DNA of 664 nucleotides from Escherichia coli (lineage in GTDB: Bacteria; Pseudomonadota; Gammaproteobacteria; Enterobacterales; Enterobacteriaceae). The stretch is taken from NCBI RefSeq assembly GCF_003334255.1, contig NZ_QOWU01000200.1. The stretch is one strand, 5' to 3'. Both the position numbers and the translations under genes were made by a program. The notes below the pieces were generated by a model, which saw only the letters and a program-made list of their open reading frames with translations, searched no databases and was not told where the DNA came from. Shown here piece after piece: positions 1 through 664 of the stretch. The first letter of the stretch is position 1, and each line of letters begins with the position of its first letter.

Positions 1-664
1 GGGTGGTGAAGGGCGTGCGCTTCAGTCTGCGCCTGACCAGTGGAAGCGGTGAGAACAGCCGCCTGCTGACCACCGCCATCACCGCAGACACGGAGCACCG
101 TTTCAGTGGCCTGCCTCTCGGGGAATACACCCTGACGGTCAGGGCGATTAACAGCTATGGCCAGCAGGGCGAACCCGCCACCACCACGTTCCGGATTAAT
201 GCGCCTGCAGCACCGGCCACCATTGAGCTGACGCCGGGGTATTTTCAGATAACGGCGGTACCGCGTCTTGCGGTGTATGACCCGACGGTGCAGTTTGAGT
301 TCTGGTTTTCGGAGGCAAAAATTGCAGACGCCGCACAGGTGGAAACCTCTGCCCGTTATCTGGGGACCGGCAGTCAGTGGAGTGTCTCCGGTCCGCACAT
401 TAAGCCCGGAAAGGATTTCTGGTTTTATGTGCGCAGCGTCAACCTGGTGGGTAAATCTGCTTTTGTGGAAGCCAGTGGACGGGCGAGCAATGATGCTGCG
501 GGCTATCTGGAACTTTTCCGGGAAAAGATAGGAAAAACGCATCTGGCAGAGGCGCTGTGGGCAGAGATTGACAACAGTCAGCTGAAGGACGAGATGGCGG
601 AAATGCAGACCACCATCACAGAAACCCGCAATGAAATCACGCAGACGGTCAGTAAAACGCTGGA
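1..664 (+). CDS. J: Internal fragment (partial at both ends) of a lambdoid phage tail tip / host specificity protein J (central tail fibre). Codon phase: first complete codon at nt 3, last complete codon ends at nt 662.
   Basis: Seen in sequence: the frame starting at nt 3 has no stop in 220 codons, while frame +1 stops at nt 7-9 (TGA) and frame +2 at nt 50-52 (TGA); the minus strand has no ORF in the supplied track. Leu codons are 14/17 CTG, typical of expressed enterobacterial genes. From memory of phage lambda J (not searched): the translation closely matches its FN3-containing central region, e.g. '[38 protein letters not shown]', '[23 protein letters not shown]'. The FN3 signature [YF]-x-[LF]-x-V-R-[AS]-[IV]-N-x-x-G occurs twice, about 99 residues apart. 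Confidence 0.85.

Noticed and set aside
179-189. Short ACC-rich run (gcc acc acc acg, encoding A-T-T-T) that might look like a slippage-prone simple repeat
   Set aside because: Only two to three imperfect triplet units, in frame and encoding a plausible Thr-rich beta-strand end. Far too short for a phase-variation tract.
443-450. Chi-like octamer CCTGGTGG
   Set aside because: It differs from the canonical E. coli Chi site GCTGGTGG at the first base, and I found no exact Chi on either strand. A single near-match in 664 bp is expected by chance in GC-rich coding sequence.
268-531. ORF from the supplied six-frame track (frame +1, 87 aa, [87 protein letters not shown])
   Set aside because: It lies wholly inside, and out of frame with, the much longer frame that is open across the entire window and encodes a recognisable J protein. 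Its start is a TTG at nt 268 with no convincing Shine-Dalgarno sequence upstream. Its Arg/Cys/Trp/Ser-rich, low-complexity composition is typical of off-frame translation of GC-rich coding DNA. No support as a real overlapping gene.
1-664. Possibility of a novel defence or accessory system, antisense gene, or embedded regulatory element in this window
   Set aside because: The whole window is one uninterrupted coding frame of a well-known phage structural gene. There is no intergenic space, no ORF on the minus strand, no repeat-spacer architecture, no strong inverted repeats or terminator-like hairpins, and no promoter-like AT-rich stretch. Claiming a new system would be unsupported by the sequence.
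483-664. Diversity-generating retroelement target (variable region) in the tail fibre gene
   Set aside because: Such variable regions normally sit at the extreme C-terminus of the receptor-binding domain and need a nearby template repeat and reverse transcriptase. None of these is visible here, and the window ends before the C-terminal domain.

Overview
The whole 664-bp window is the interior of one + strand protein-coding gene; no start or stop codon falls inside it. The frame with codons beginning at nt 3 is open for all 220 complete codons (nt 3-662). The translated fragment ([220 protein letters not shown]) is recognisable as the central part of a lambda-like tail tip / host specificity protein J (central tail fibre). 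It shows two tandem fibronectin type III-like modules followed by the start of a charged, probably helical segment. Codon usage (14 of 17 Leu codons are CTG) and about 58% GC fit an enterobacterial (pro)phage. The only ORF in the supplied track (268..531, frame +1) is an off-frame artefact inside this gene. I see no RNA genes, CRISPR repeats, mobile-element termini or intergenic regulatory signals. Nothing here supports a novel system: this is an ordinary phage structural gene fragment. The only point worth follow-up is a possible mosaic junction near nt 500, just upstream of where the receptor-binding part of J would begin.
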